Notes under the pieces: model-generated | Seen by the model: the letters and a program-made list of their open reading frames with translations, nothing else | Told to the model about the DNA's origin: nothing | Databases searched by the model: none | In this document: positions 24,151 through 36,665 of the stretch, in pieces | How positions within the stretch are numbered: the stretch's first letter is position 1 | Layout of the letters: the number at the start of each line of letters is the position of its first letter | Assembly: GCF_011745625.1 (NCBI RefSeq) | Contig: NW_027191486.1 | Span: 62,001 to 126,000, forward strand | Origin: Cladosporium halotolerans | Lineage: Eukaryota | Length of the DNA stretch: 64,000 nt | Reading direction: 5' to 3' | Made by a program: the position numbers and the translations under genes

Positions 24151-25991
24151 CTGGCGGGTCGCCGCGCCATTCCCATGAAATGGTCTGAAGCCGTCGCGCT
24201 GGCGTTCCTGGCGCTCGCTTCGCTCGTGGGCTGTGCGCTGGGCGCGAGGCCTTGCGCGAAGTTCTGGGTGCGGTTTGCGGCACGGAAGAATGCGAGGTTC
24301 GCGTAGACGCATTTTTTTTTGGGGGGGTTTTGGGGTATCTTTTGATTTTACTGTTGGTCATGTGTACGCCGGCGTTTTTCTTTGCACAGGGACGGATGTT
24401 CGGAATCCCTCTTTCTTACTAAGGAGAGAGGGAGAGAGAGTAAGAGCGTGTGTTCCATGTCCGGAAATCTATGCTATGCTTTTTCTGTAGGATTAGCAAA
24501 AAAACATCGAGGCGTTTCCCGTTCCAGACGCATGGCTTCCTCTCGCTTTTGCCTCACTTCGCGAACCCCTATTGCCTTACTGACAACCTATCAGACCAAC
24601 ACTTCAGCGGACTCCGGCATTGCACCCTCTACCCAGGAATGAAACCGCCCACCACGTCAAAGCAACCACTAACCCCTTGTAATCACACGCACGCCCCGAC
24701 CAAATGAAAAAACCACCACGCGACCGACCGTCGTCAACCCTTTGTCCAACCTCACCCTCATCTCACACTCCATCATCTCTCTCTCCACGGGAAGCTCTCC
24801 AGAGCCAATCCGCCATCCTCGCCTCCTCAAGCCAACAGCCCATCAAAGCCACTGATCCATCGAAAAGAGACAATCGATCAAGTCAATTCATACACCAAGA
24901 CCCCAACGAGTCGCCGACAAAGAACCAGCTCGTCGAAGCAAGCGACGCCGACAGCGAGCGTTTAATCGATTCGGCATTTTTCGATTGATTGATTGATTGA
25001 AGAATTGGTTGATCCATGGGCCGATTGCTCCTTGACGAGTGCTGAGCCTAACGGCTCTCGGATGGGGCTTGGAATTGGATCGCAAGGACGGCGGTCGAAC
25101 GTCGGCGTCTGGCTTCTGAGTCAAATCGGTTGATTGTACCCGGACTGCAGCTGCACAAGGCACGTTCGTGGGATAAGATTCGCTGTACAATGTTCCTGTC
25201 GTCGGGGATAGATTCAGGTTGTTGACGGGAATCGGACGGATCGATCGGATTCTTGGTCTAGTTCTCTGCGCTGCGATGGATGGGAGGTGAATCGCTCGAA
25301 AGGAACGGGTTCGTGTGCTCGGTCGTTCGATCATTCGTTCGTTCGTAGGCTCGATTGATCAAGACGAAGCCGGATGGGATTCGACAGATTGGACGCCGTG
25401 TGGTAATCGATCAATTTAGCGGGAAGGTTCAACCGAGCCTGTAACCTCATAACGTTCGATTCAGACCTCTCGACGCACGACAAAAACATCGCCAACAGAG
25501 AGAAAAGGGGCGAGGACGAAATCAAGCGCCCAGATCGTCCGGACGCGTATTTTCCTGTCCGATGCATTCAACGCATTACTGCCGACGATAAGCACACCAA
25601 AGACGTCAAAACGAAGCCGACATCTCTGCCAGACATCAATCGCCCGAATGATTGACAAGAAAAAAAGAAACGAAAATGCGCCGGCTTAGAGAACACGTCT
25701 AACGTCCAATCGATGTGGTATCTCAACTTTTCCCCTGTAATAATCCTACAATGCAAGTCCCATGCTGTTCCCAACCACCTACCAACTGTCCAATCCCTCC
25801 TTCCAATGCAGCGGCAATCCCACCATACATCATCGTCTGTCTCAATGCATCTTCCCAAACAAATCCACCCATCCGTCTCTCCTCCATCTCTCGCTCGGCC
25901 CGCACCGCGGACCGAACTGATCGCCAAAACCACAACCAACCCCTTCCAACCCCCAAGAAAAAAACCCACCCACTCCAAACCTCACCCTCGT

Positions 25992-26060
25992 AACCCCCCT
26001 CGTATCGCATCCAGATCCCCCAACCCCCCTCGTATCGCATCCAGATCCCCCAACCCCCCT
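25992..26060. repeat. 30-bp tandem repeat (~2.3 copies)
   Basis: The unit AACCCCCCTCGTATCGCATCCAGATCCCCC occurs twice exactly, followed by a partial copy. Confidence 0.9.
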
Positions 26061-26748
26061 CCACGCATCCAAATCCAAGCTAGGAACCGATTCCCCCCCC
26101 AAAGCTCCACACCAGCCAACGGTCCGCCCTTTGGCGCGCCCGCGGAGAAAGCCGCCGCCGCCGGCCGACTCCACACCCACCCACGTCCGCATCCGCGCTC
26201 GCGCCCGCCGCCGCCTTTCTCCTCCTTCCTATTCCATGACTTGCCATCATTGACAGCCAGGAAGGAAGTGGAACCCGGGCTCGCTACTATACGGCCGAAG
26301 TGTGAAGGTCGGGGGTTCGGAAGCTGGGTGCCGAACGGCGCAAAGGATGGATGGGTGCCGAGGTTGTTGGGCTAGGCTGGGGCGGTGCGGTGCGGTGCGG
26401 TGGGAGTGCGGTGGCTTTGTTTGGGGGGTCGCCCGGCCCTCGGTGGGCGGACCGGTGATGGTATGGGATGATTCGAATTTTTTTCCTTTTCGGGTTCGGG
26501 TGGTTGTGCGAGGGCGGGCGGATTTGCGCGGGTCGGGTTGGTCGGGTTGGTCGGGTTTGGTCGCTAGGGAAGGCGAGGCGGTGGGCGGGGGAAAATTGAT
26601 CCGGCTGAGCGGACGCGTGGGAGTCGTCTTTGGGAACCAGATCCAGACGCAGATGAAGATGAAGATGGGTTGCCGGCGTAGAAAACCCACGTCCACGCAC
26701 GCGCGCGATAGTCAACCAGTGATATGCTCAATCACACACCCTTCCAAA

Positions 26749-28666
26749 TCAAGTCGAATTGCCCGCCTCCTCCTCGGCGGCCAACGCTGCGCGGGCCCTC
26801 GCGCCGCCCCTCTTCCTCAGCTCGCCGGTGACGCCCCTCAGACACTCCGGCACCTCGCGGCCGGTCTTGAGGTACCAGAGCTTCAAGTTGCGCGCCTTGT
26901 CCTTCAGCTGCACTTGGTTCCTGTCCTTGAGGACTTCGCTGACGGAGCCGCCGCGGCCGTAGAGCGCGAGGATCTGGGACCAGTGCGGGCCGTTGACGCG
27001 GCCGAGGCCGGCGAGCAGGGCGTCCTCTTCAGGTTTGGTCCAGGGTTGGCGGGTGGTGGTTGTCGAGGGGGAGGAGGTGGAGGTGGCCGTCTGGGCGGAT
27101 TTGGAAGCGGGGAGGGAGGGTTGGCGGGTGGAGACTGCGGAGCCGGGGGGTGTTGTCTGGTGGGGAGGATGCGAGGAGAGGATGGCGAGGGATTCGGGGG
27201 TGGGCTGGCTTTTGCGGTCGTGGGGAGGGAGGGAGCCGGCGAAGACTTGCTGGTGGGCGCGCGTCGGGGTGCTGATGATGCTGTCGACGTTTTTGCTGAC
27301 GCTCGAGGAGAACTCGCGCAGGAAGTCGAGCCATTGGTATTTCTTGGGGAGTTGGGAGAAGGCGTCGCGGGAGGAGGGGTCGACGAGGAGGTAGGAGCGG
27401 CGGGAGCGGCAGCGGTCGATGAAGTCTTGTTCGGAGGGAGAGAGGCTGGGGGCGTCGGGGTGGCGGGTGAGGATCTGGGAGTCGAGGTCGTGAGGAAAGA
27501 GATCGTTAAGCATGCGCTCTGGTGCGGCGTCGCTGTTCATCAAAGCTGAGATGTAAGCCTGCGTTTTCAGTTCCAGGAAAATGGCGCCCTGCCACTTCAG
27601 TAAGCGGTGGCCCAGAGGGACAAAAGTCTCCAGAAAGTATTCGTTGAGGTGGAAAAAAGATACGTCGTGAGCGCCAAGGATCGATGAAATGAAAGTGGCG
27701 ATGTTTGCCTTTCGAATGATTTCCTGTTGCGTCGGCTGAAACATTTGGATCGCAATGGCATCGATGAATGGCAAATCTCGACTGTACACTTTTCGTGTTT
27801 GGTCGAAGAGGTTCTTGAGGGTAATGTAAGCTTGGCTGTCTTCGTCGTTGGAATTTCGCATCAGGTCCTGTATTTGTTGGAAAGAGTATTTCGCGATCGT
27901 TACGATGAGTTGGGTCGCCTGAATATCGTCAGTGCACTGTCGACAAATCAGCAGGATCGATCGAACATACCAGACTATCGAGTATTGGAAGACTCTGCAT
28001 CTTGAGATGCATACTGGCGTCTTCGAAATACATGTTAGATGGGCTTTTCCGCGCCCGCTGCTGCTGGTGTTGCTGCTGCGAATGGACGCCTTGTCCCACA
28101 CCGAACGATCCCGCGTCAAAATCCTGGAGCGTGGTGGCGTAGGATGACGACGCTCCGCCGTCGTAGCCATGAGGAGATTCCATCGGAACCTGCGACGGTT
28201 GCAAGAAAGGCATCGCACTCGCGTGGTGAGAAGCTAGGATGGGTGGCGTCGAGACGGCTTGGCTGACCTGCTGCTGCTGCTGTGGCGGCCATGGTGAGTT
28301 GTACACGGCGGGATCTGTCTGACCGTAGAAGTAGGACTGCTGCTGGTGCTGCATCGAGCGAGGGTCCTGGTACGGGGACGCAAAGGATTGCGGGGTGCTG
28401 GTGTAGTGCTGGTTCCATTGTGCGTGCTGAGAGCCGGGCGTGCCTGGGTAGGGCGCGGAGGATGGATTGTTGGACGGAGGCTGTCGCGTAACATAGTGGC
28501 CGGTCACCCCGTCCGAGTAGGAAGGAAGCTGGTGTTGCTGCGGCGAGTAGGGCAACTGCTGCAGTTGGCCGTAGGCGCTAGGCGTGGAGGCGAAGGGCTG
28601 GGTGATTCTTCGCCTCTTGCTGCTGCCGGTGGCGGGATCGTGGTCGGGCGGCGGCTGACCTGGCAT
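26749..28666 (-). CDS. TBF1: Tbf1-like TTAGGG-binding factor (TRF-type domain plus C-terminal telobox Myb), ~621 aa; intron 27919..27970
   Basis: The C-terminal PWTKPEEDALLAGL...GPHWSQILALYG...LKDRNQVQLKDKARNLKL is a telobox Myb domain. The central region includes LKMQSLPILDSL|ATQL, IRKANIATF and IFLELKTQAYIS. The splice is in frame (696+1170 nt). It may be a paralog rather than the true ortholog. Confidence 0.85.
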
Positions 28667-28755
28667 GGCATAGTTTGGCAGAGCTGCTCCAAGTCACATC
28701 GTCAGCGAGGGCGACCCTGAGGGCAGAGGTGCAGCGGTGCAGTGTACAATGCTGC

Positions 28756-28835
28756 AGCCCTAAAGAGGGCGGGAGGTGGGAGAGAGAGTGTAGCTCAGCA
28801 AACTCACCCATCGCGGGCTGCGCATCCAACCCTAA
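28756..28835. promoter_or_regulatory. Two Tbf1-type ARCCCTAA sites upstream of the Tbf1-like gene
   Basis: AGCCCTAA lies at 28756-28763 and AACCCTAA at 28828-28835, about 90 and 160 bp upstream of the ATG. Function is inferred only. Confidence 0.45.
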
Positions 28836-31800
28836 CAGCAGCCCTCGCGCTTCGCTCGCGCTCGATCACGACGGCCAACACCTGCGCCTCGGGAAGCGGT
28901 CACGGCGGTGTTGCCCAGCGCGGGCTGCAGCTGACGCTCCGTTCCGAGCCCCGAGCGTCGATGCGATCGCGTGCGAGGCGGACGGCGGGCGCAGGCGGAG
29001 ATGGGCAGCGCTGCTGGTGTGATGCTCAGCAGACTCGGTACTGTAGGCAAGGTACGGTGGGCGGTGGTGTTGGGGCTCGGACGACGCTGGACGGGAGGGC
29101 AGACGGAGGCACACCTGAGCACTGAGGGTCTCGAGAGGGTGTGAGGCGCTCGCGAGCCTGGCGCGGCAGCAGGCCCAGGGCATAACTACTAACTACTTGC
29201 CTCGCACCCGAGGCGCAGCGCCTCTGTCACGACCGGGTGGAAACTAGCCTCGCACGTCTGCTCCTCATTCAATCCCCCCCAGAGGATCTGCCAGCAGCGG
29301 CACACGCCGCCGCAGTCGGCGCCGCGCGTTCCTGGCATTGGGCGGTAGCATCGACCTGGCTGCCGCCTGCACCACTCCGCACCGCGCACCGAGAAGACCC
29401 CGTGCTCGCGTGGTCGAAAGCGTAAATGACAGCCATGTAACGTGTGCGGCGGCGTGGGCGGCGGGCGCGCGGACCGCCGAGTCGCCATCCTGCAGCAGAT
29501 CTGCGCGATTGATAAGATCTAGGGCTGGCGGGACGTGTGGCCCATGTCGCCCATGCGTGCGTGCGCCGTGCGTGCGTGCCATGCTGTGCTAACGGGGCGT
29601 AGTGGACGCGGGCCCTGACAACCGCGCGCGGTCGCCAGCCTGCCAGCGCGCCCGCCAGCTGCGCCTCCAGACGGGTGACGGGTGGGTGGGTGGGTGGGCG
29701 GCCGTTGGGCGCGGGCGCAGGTGTCATGTCGCGGCGGGCGGCGGCGGCGGCGCGACAGCAGAAGTGGGTATTGTTTCTTACTGCTGCTGCTGCACCGAGG
29801 CAACGCGACACCTTGGACGGCGGCGCAGGGCAGGCGAAAAAGTTTTGCGTCAAGTGCCGGCGCTAACATGCTTTCTGGAAGCGAAGTTGCGCAAGACGGA
29901 TGCGGCGTCGAACCCACCGCGGTCGCCTGCGGACGGCGGTGCAGGAACGCAGTACTAGAGTGCACCAGTACTAAAGTGGCACGAGTGGGTGCTGCATCCG
30001 CCGCCTGCCGGAGGCATAAGGTATTATCGTTGATGCATGCAGCTCTGCCTCTGCGGTACAGCAGAGCTTCAGCAGTACCTTGAATCAGCATGCATGCATG
30101 CATGTCCATACCGTCAGGCGCTGTAGCGACGCATACGGCGTGGCGTGCGCCCGCGAAACATGCCGCCACCGCCTCGGACGAATGTCCCCTCGAGTCGCAA
30201 TGGTGCAGCAGGCCGTTCGTCCGTCCCGCGCGACACGTGCATGGCTGCAGCGTGTGACGGCAGCGAGGTGGGAGTCGCCTCGGTCGCCTACGTTGCTCGA
30301 GTGCAGTGCGGTAGCGCGCCCTTAGCCTCGCGCACGAGCAGCCGGCCGGCCTGTTCCCATCACGCCTGCTCCCTGCCCGTCCGCCACGCAGGGCGCGACG
30401 GCGTGCAGGAGTCCGCGCCCCGCGCGGAACGCCTTCCGCGCCTGTCTGCCCAGATCCTTCGTGATCGTCGTTGCCGATAGGCGAGACCTTCCTTTTCGGG
30501 CTGTAGCACGCGCCTGCGGAGATCCTCGACGCGCTGGCTCCTCCACCGCCAGCGCCCTCATTTGCTGCACCGCACCTCCATCCAGGGCATCACCGCTGCC
30601 TCGAGCCTTGCAGATCCACAGCCCAAGCTGCCCGTCTGCCTCACCAACAACGTCTCGATCTGGCGTCGCAAGGCCTCAACGTGCCTGCGAGTCGCTCCCT
30701 CCTCGTAGTCCTTCCCTAGCGCACACCAGGACGTGCCCTCTCCTTGGGAGCCGCCTCAACATCTGCAGCAGTCGTCACGGAGCGCCCGACGGAGAAACCA
30801 AACCCTCGTCGTCCCGTCTCCTGCTTCACCATCGAATCTCCCAAATCCTCCGCCCCGTCACAGGCGCGGCAGGGTTGACACCAGCGTGATGCAAGCCTCC
30901 ATGGCCCGGCACGCCATGCCACGCGAATGCAGAGCGGAACAGTTCCTACCCGTCCGAGCCCTACATTCTACCCACATGGCGCCGGCTCCAACCTGGCACA
31001 TACCGCGTGTGCTGCACTCCACGCATGACACGCTGCGAATTTCCCGGAAGTTGCCCTACCCACTTTCTTGCGTGATGGGTGAACACACCGGACCGGATAC
31101 GGCGTTGCATTTCTCGGAATTCGGATCGTCACCCAGCCGGTACATCCCGCAACCACCTCACGGCTCCCACATGCGAACGCTGCAAAATAATGCGGAGCTA
31201 CTGTCGCAGATTTGAGCGGACAAATTCCGCAAGCTCAAAGCGCCCAGCTCTTCAGGGCGGTCATAGCCCAAACCATCTTCACACCGCTCAGGCGTAGCTT
31301 GAAACCCATCTGTTCCTTGGTGCACGCTAGCGCGCGGCCGCATCCTCCACCCGCACGCATCCGCACGACAACCTTCAGCACTTTGACCACAACTGCTCAA
31401 TTACCAGACGATCACCGACGCCCGCCCGCTACTCAACCACTAAGCACATTTCTACGCCGCCGTTGCAAAATATCCCGAGGGATCTGGTCTCCTCGGTGGA
31501 TTTTGTTTGAGATGCCGAGTCGTCGATCTCGGACCTTCTTCGCAATGCGTCTAGTTGCTTCTGGACATGGGTCGATGCATGCTGAAGATCTCACTAGTTC
31601 GGAGGCGTCCATTCTTGCCCTCACTCACGCCTCGTTCTCCTCGTTCGCATCGTTCTGCTCGTTCCTTATGCAACATGATGTGGACTAGACTTCGGCACCT
31701 GCAAGGGCTTGCACGCATCCTTGATTACCTGCAAAGCATACTTCGACCTCACTGTTTCACGGCTTTCTATTCTGAGGACTCGTGGGACGAAGTTCCTCCG

Positions 31801-34800
31801 CTCCCCCGATCGCCCACGATGAGGGAACATTCTTTGCGGCCAGGACAAACTGATATCACCGGCCACGAGGTGTATCCGAAAGTGCGGCAAGCTTTCGGGA
31901 TGCATCACCGTCCGTGTACCCATTCGCGATAGTCATGAGTCGTCACCCTGCCGAGCCTTACTCATATGGTCCTAATGCGTCGTGGAGATCTCGGAGCTCT
32001 CTGCGCCGTAGCCCTAACATCCCCTTAGTCAGGCACACGGCTCCATCGTGCAACAAATAGCAGGAGCGTGAACGACGGCAGAACCGGCGCGTACGCTTAA
32101 CCCTTGTGGGGTGGAAACATCTCACGGACGCGATCTGGGATCCATCAGTTGTTTCTAGAGCTCCTCCCAAGCCAACGCTAGAGAGGCACGACGTCCAACG
32201 ACTGGCCGTGTCTGCTCTGAGGGAGCTCCTCCCACTCACCCGCCCGTCCCGTAGCCCATGCTTCGCCACGCTCGCGCCCAGAAACAGGATCTAGGATGAT
32301 TCCCCGAAGTCCTGCAGCTCGGTCTCAATTCACACGACCGCTTCGAGCTCCCTACAGTAGAAGGTGCGCGCGCGCGTCAGACCACCTAGCGGCAGGTGCC
32401 GCCGCGCCTCCTGCAACGCGGCTTGATACCGCAGATGGGGGCGAGGGCGAGGGCGACGTCGCAGATGATTACAGGCCCGCCGTGCTCTCAAGCCCCTGCA
32501 ACCTTACTTTAGTGACGCAGCTTGCTCGCGTCTGCTCGCTTGCAGCCCGACCACTTCGCGACTGGAGCGAGCCGCGACTGGGGTTGTGGACGTTCTACCG
32601 CCTACCTCAGGGCCCACCATCGAAGATCGCGCGCGTCCAGACCTGCATGGCGTGGCGCTCCACTCGCGCTGCGGACGGGCAGCATCGCATCTGAGGGCTC
32701 CGCGTGATGATTACTCAACATGCTGTGCTGTGCTGTGCCCTGCCCTGCAACCTGCCCTCGTCTGGCAATCTTGGCCGATTGGGGCAGACGACACGACTGC
32801 GTTGCCCTCGCGTAGCACAGATGATTGCTGTTGTGTTCGAGTCGCGAGCCCGAGCCCGACACCGACACCGCTGCTTCGCTCGCGTAGGCGTGTTGAAACG
32901 GTCGAGATCACGTCGGTTCGAGCGAGGTCATGGTAGTCCAGCTTGAGCGAGGAGCTCGCCTCGCGCTTTCCCTTCCAGTCGTGTAGTGCAGTCCGGGAAG
33001 TCCATGATTCGGACCTCATCTCGTCTCATCTCGTCTCGTCTAGGGGACGACAGAGCCAGGCAGCCATCCCAGTTCCGCCGGGGGGCGGAAAACCAATCTC
33101 CAAAGACGAAACAACTCACTTCTCATAATTGCCCCAAAAGGACACACGGAAGAACATGATCCTACGTCTCTTATATACCCTCTCTCACAGGTACAGCCCT
33201 CTCACCTCATTGAGGGCACGACGCAGCCCTTCCATAAACCGCGTCTGCCCTCAGTACACCTCCTTCTCCCAGCGCTCTCACCGCGAGGATCAGCATTAGG
33301 GCTGCTGCGCACGCCAGCGAGCCCTCGATAGAGCCCGGGCGGAGGGCAGAGGGCAGAGACAGATGTCTTACCTTGAATTTCCAATGAGCCCCTGAGCCGC
33401 TCACTAGACCTCAACTGCAGGTCCGCAGCTGCGCCCAGCGAGCGGACGTAGGGTTTGTCTGCAGAGTTTGGGACGGGGACGCCGCGCGGGAGGAAGGGAA
33501 GAGAAGGGAAGGTGGGAGGAGCTCGCTCTGCGCCCTCCCTCTGTCGCGTCGTGCAGGACCCGTGCCGTACCACTGTCCTGTACTGTGCACATATAGCGAT
33601 GCGTGCGTACATAACTTAGCCCCGTGGCTTTGCTTCGCTACGGACGGCTTTTGCTACGGCCCTGCTTCTCGCTCTTTCCACACGAACAAAAGCACGCCCG
33701 CGGCTCGGTGACGGTGAGTTTTTCCGCTTTTCCGCTCGCTGCCGCCATCGACCGATTCGAGCTGGCAGTCCGTGATCACGAAGCTGCGGACGTAGGGTAC
33801 GGTCGCTACGGTGCTTCCGATGTCGGGTTGCTCGAGCGAGCCTTGGTCGGACGTAGGGCCGGGTGCTTGGAGCTGCGAGCTGGGACAAGAAGGGGACGTG
33901 GTGCTGGATTGGGGAGGGAGGGCGGTGAGAGGTGAGAGGGTTGGGATGTTGTGTGCTGGGGGCTTGGGGACGGATGGATGCGCGGATGGACACGAGTGTG
34001 CCTGTACCAGTGCCGTTCGCCCGGCAGCTCACCTTCCTCGCAGGCCCAGTTCCGCTGAGTGAAGAGTAGGTTGATTGATTGCAGGCCGATGCGCAACTGT
34101 CATTTTGCTTTCGTCCATTGGAGAGTACGGACACGCTCTTGCACAGCACGTACGCGCCGGCCTGCCTTTCCCTCCTCCCTCGACCGCCGCCCGACTCGGA
34201 CTCGGGGCTGAGTTGATTCTGCAGAATCAGAACGCGTCCTCCCTCGAAGACCTGGACTTCTCATCTGATGTTCAAACGAACATGATCCCTCCTCTTGCTT
34301 CGCTCACCCCGTCGAGGCTTCGTGCAGCGTTGTGTGCTGTACGTGGTCGGCCAGGATCCGTGAGAGGACTGACTCCGTCGAAGGCTCGAAAGACAAGACC
34401 GCCCGCGCCTGCCAAACCCATTCGACTTCCGTCGGACAAGCCTCAGCTAGACTATCCGACGCATGAGGAACGGAAGCAACGCGCAAGCGTTTGGAAAAGA
34501 GAGCGCCGACAATGGCAGAAAGACGCTTCTGAGCAACGTTTATCCGTGCCCCCGGCTCTCCTGGCTCCTCGCTCAGCTTGCACTTCCGGATTTGCAAGCT
34601 CGGTAACGCCATAAGAGGGGAAGTCTTCGAAGTGGATTAGATTTATGAAACGAGATCTGGGATGAGACGGTGGGTCGGACAACTATATCGAGGGTTCGGC
34701 TTCGCTGAAGGACCTTCCAGGTCTTTCCAGTGACGACGCACGATCGTGTCGTGGGACGTCGTCATTCATTCAAGGTCTGGCGTGAGGCATGGAGATTGAG

Positions 34801-35695
34801 CAAAACGGTAGGTCCGTTGGTCGTAATTCATACCAACTTCGTTAGGTTAGAAGGATGCTGTGCTGGTAGGATGGAACGCTGCCACAAGCGCGTAAGCCCT
34901 TTCTCGTTGCACGTGTACTGCAATCAGCGGTAGGTGTTTTCCGGCTTCGAGTCTACTAACTACGAGAGAATCAACACATCACCCACACGTTCACCGATTT
35001 GATTTCGAACTAATCCTGCATCGACTGCACGATGAACGCGAAAGCAGCGAGCCAAAAGCTGGGTGATCGGGCCGCGGCCGCACTCGACACCTGCTCTTGT
35101 CATTGGAATCAGATCCGATCTGCGTCAAATCACCTGCGTCGCCTGCAGCATGCTGGGAAGACTCGGAAGAGGCCTTCACCTCCCACCCATCGTGCATCAA
35201 ACGTCTGGACAAGAGGTGGGCGGCGGGACTTGTCGGCAGAGAGATGCACATTTGGCTTACCCCCTGGACTCATCTGATCACATTGAATCTCTGCAAATAT
35301 CAGAGGTCGATGTCCAGAAAGCTTCTTCCACGCCGAGCGCTGCTACCGCGATGTAAAAAAAAAACAAAGACCAAGGTAAACCAAGAGACTCCGCATCAAG
35401 CCACGAAACGATCCCCCCACTTCGTCAAGAATCACACACCTTCCACGCTTCAGAGAACCCTGCCATCGACCAGTAACTTGCAACCTCAATGAGACACTTT
35501 CACCACCCTCTTCGCCAATCAGGGATTCTGTCACGTGACTCGAAGCCCGAAGTGAAACCATCTCCGGAAGAACGTTCTTCCAAGACATAAAATCGCTCTT
35601 CGGCCCTACCACTCCACGGAACCCTTCCAAATATCCATATCCATTCGGTGTGGCCGAGTCAAAGCCGAGTGAACACATGGCGGGGCACAGCCGCA

Positions 35696-35729
<34 letters not shown>
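35696..35729. repeat. (TCG)11 microsatellite
   Basis: A perfect trinucleotide run. Confidence 0.95.
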
Positions 35730-36546
35730 GCAAATCCCCCGAGCCGTGCCCTGACACACGCCCCTCAGCAGGACGTACGTGACGGGACATCCGCTCTCAT
35801 GATGCCGCTGAACTAACTCGCTCCTATGGATCCCTCGAGCTTCCGCCATGTGCGATGAGAGCGTGCGGTATGGCCCCACCATGCGTCCGCGCGGCCCGTG
35901 AGAAATTGCTTGAATGGGACGACGCCTCGGGCCGAACGATCATGTCGTCTATGCGAGGTGATCTAGGGAGCGTCGTTGCTAGGTGACGAGGAAAACGAAA
36001 TTTATGTGGATCGGGGTGACGCTGGCGGGATCCAGACGGTCTCGGCGGCGAGAGCGAGGACGACGGCAACGACGTTGATACAGTCGATGAAGAGACCAGT
36101 GGCAATGCCCTATGCGCCCTGGACTGTAACAAGGCCGCAAAATGAGACGGTAACGCCTAGCTCGCCGGGAAGGCTTCCACGTCTTGCGGCAGTTCGGTCG
36201 ATTCATGCTTCCAGGACATAGTAGGCTGGCGAATCTCATTCCATCTTGAATGGTGTGCAGGCTTCGAACGGGCGGAGGGCACACGTCCCTTGTTTTCTGG
36301 GGACGCTTGCCGACAATCTCACCGTCACTTATCCAGCCGGCCTCGCCTCGCTGCAATCCTCTCTTGCTCCTTTAGATCTCCGGGCAGGAGCAAAATGATG
36401 GTTCGATTCTCATACTGGCATTGAGAGGCTCGCACCTCCTCACGGACCGTGGTATACGCTGGCGAATGGAGTCAAAATAACACGAACCGGACTCTGATTT
36501 ATTCCGTTGGTTGTTGTACGTTATCACTATTAGGCTCCCTTACAGC

Positions 36547-36665
36547 ACATACGACCACAGGTCAGTGAAAACTGGGCATCCCGTCCGCTCTGCCATACAT
36601 AAGCACTGAACCGGGCGACTAGTACTAGAGTGGGTGACCATCTGGGAATCCCGCCTGTTGTATGT
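36547..36665 (+). rRNA. Dispersed 5S rRNA gene
   Basis: The 119-nt sequence ACATACGACCA...CCCGTCCGCTC...TAAGC...TAGTA...GTGGGTGACCA...GAATCCC...TGTTGTATGT has terminal helix I pairing, and a T6 terminator follows at 36674-36679. Confidence 0.95.

Noticed and set aside
25713..26715. Pro-rich and Gly-rich ORFs of 90-220 aa
   Set aside because: They are by-products of the C-rich/G-rich low-complexity tracts and short tandem repeats, with no coding signature.
28827..28836. CAACCCTAAC as a telomerase RNA template
   Set aside because: It lies only ~160 bp from the ATG of the divergent gene, with no recognisable pseudoknot or CR4/5 downstream. A Tbf1-type site is the simpler reading.
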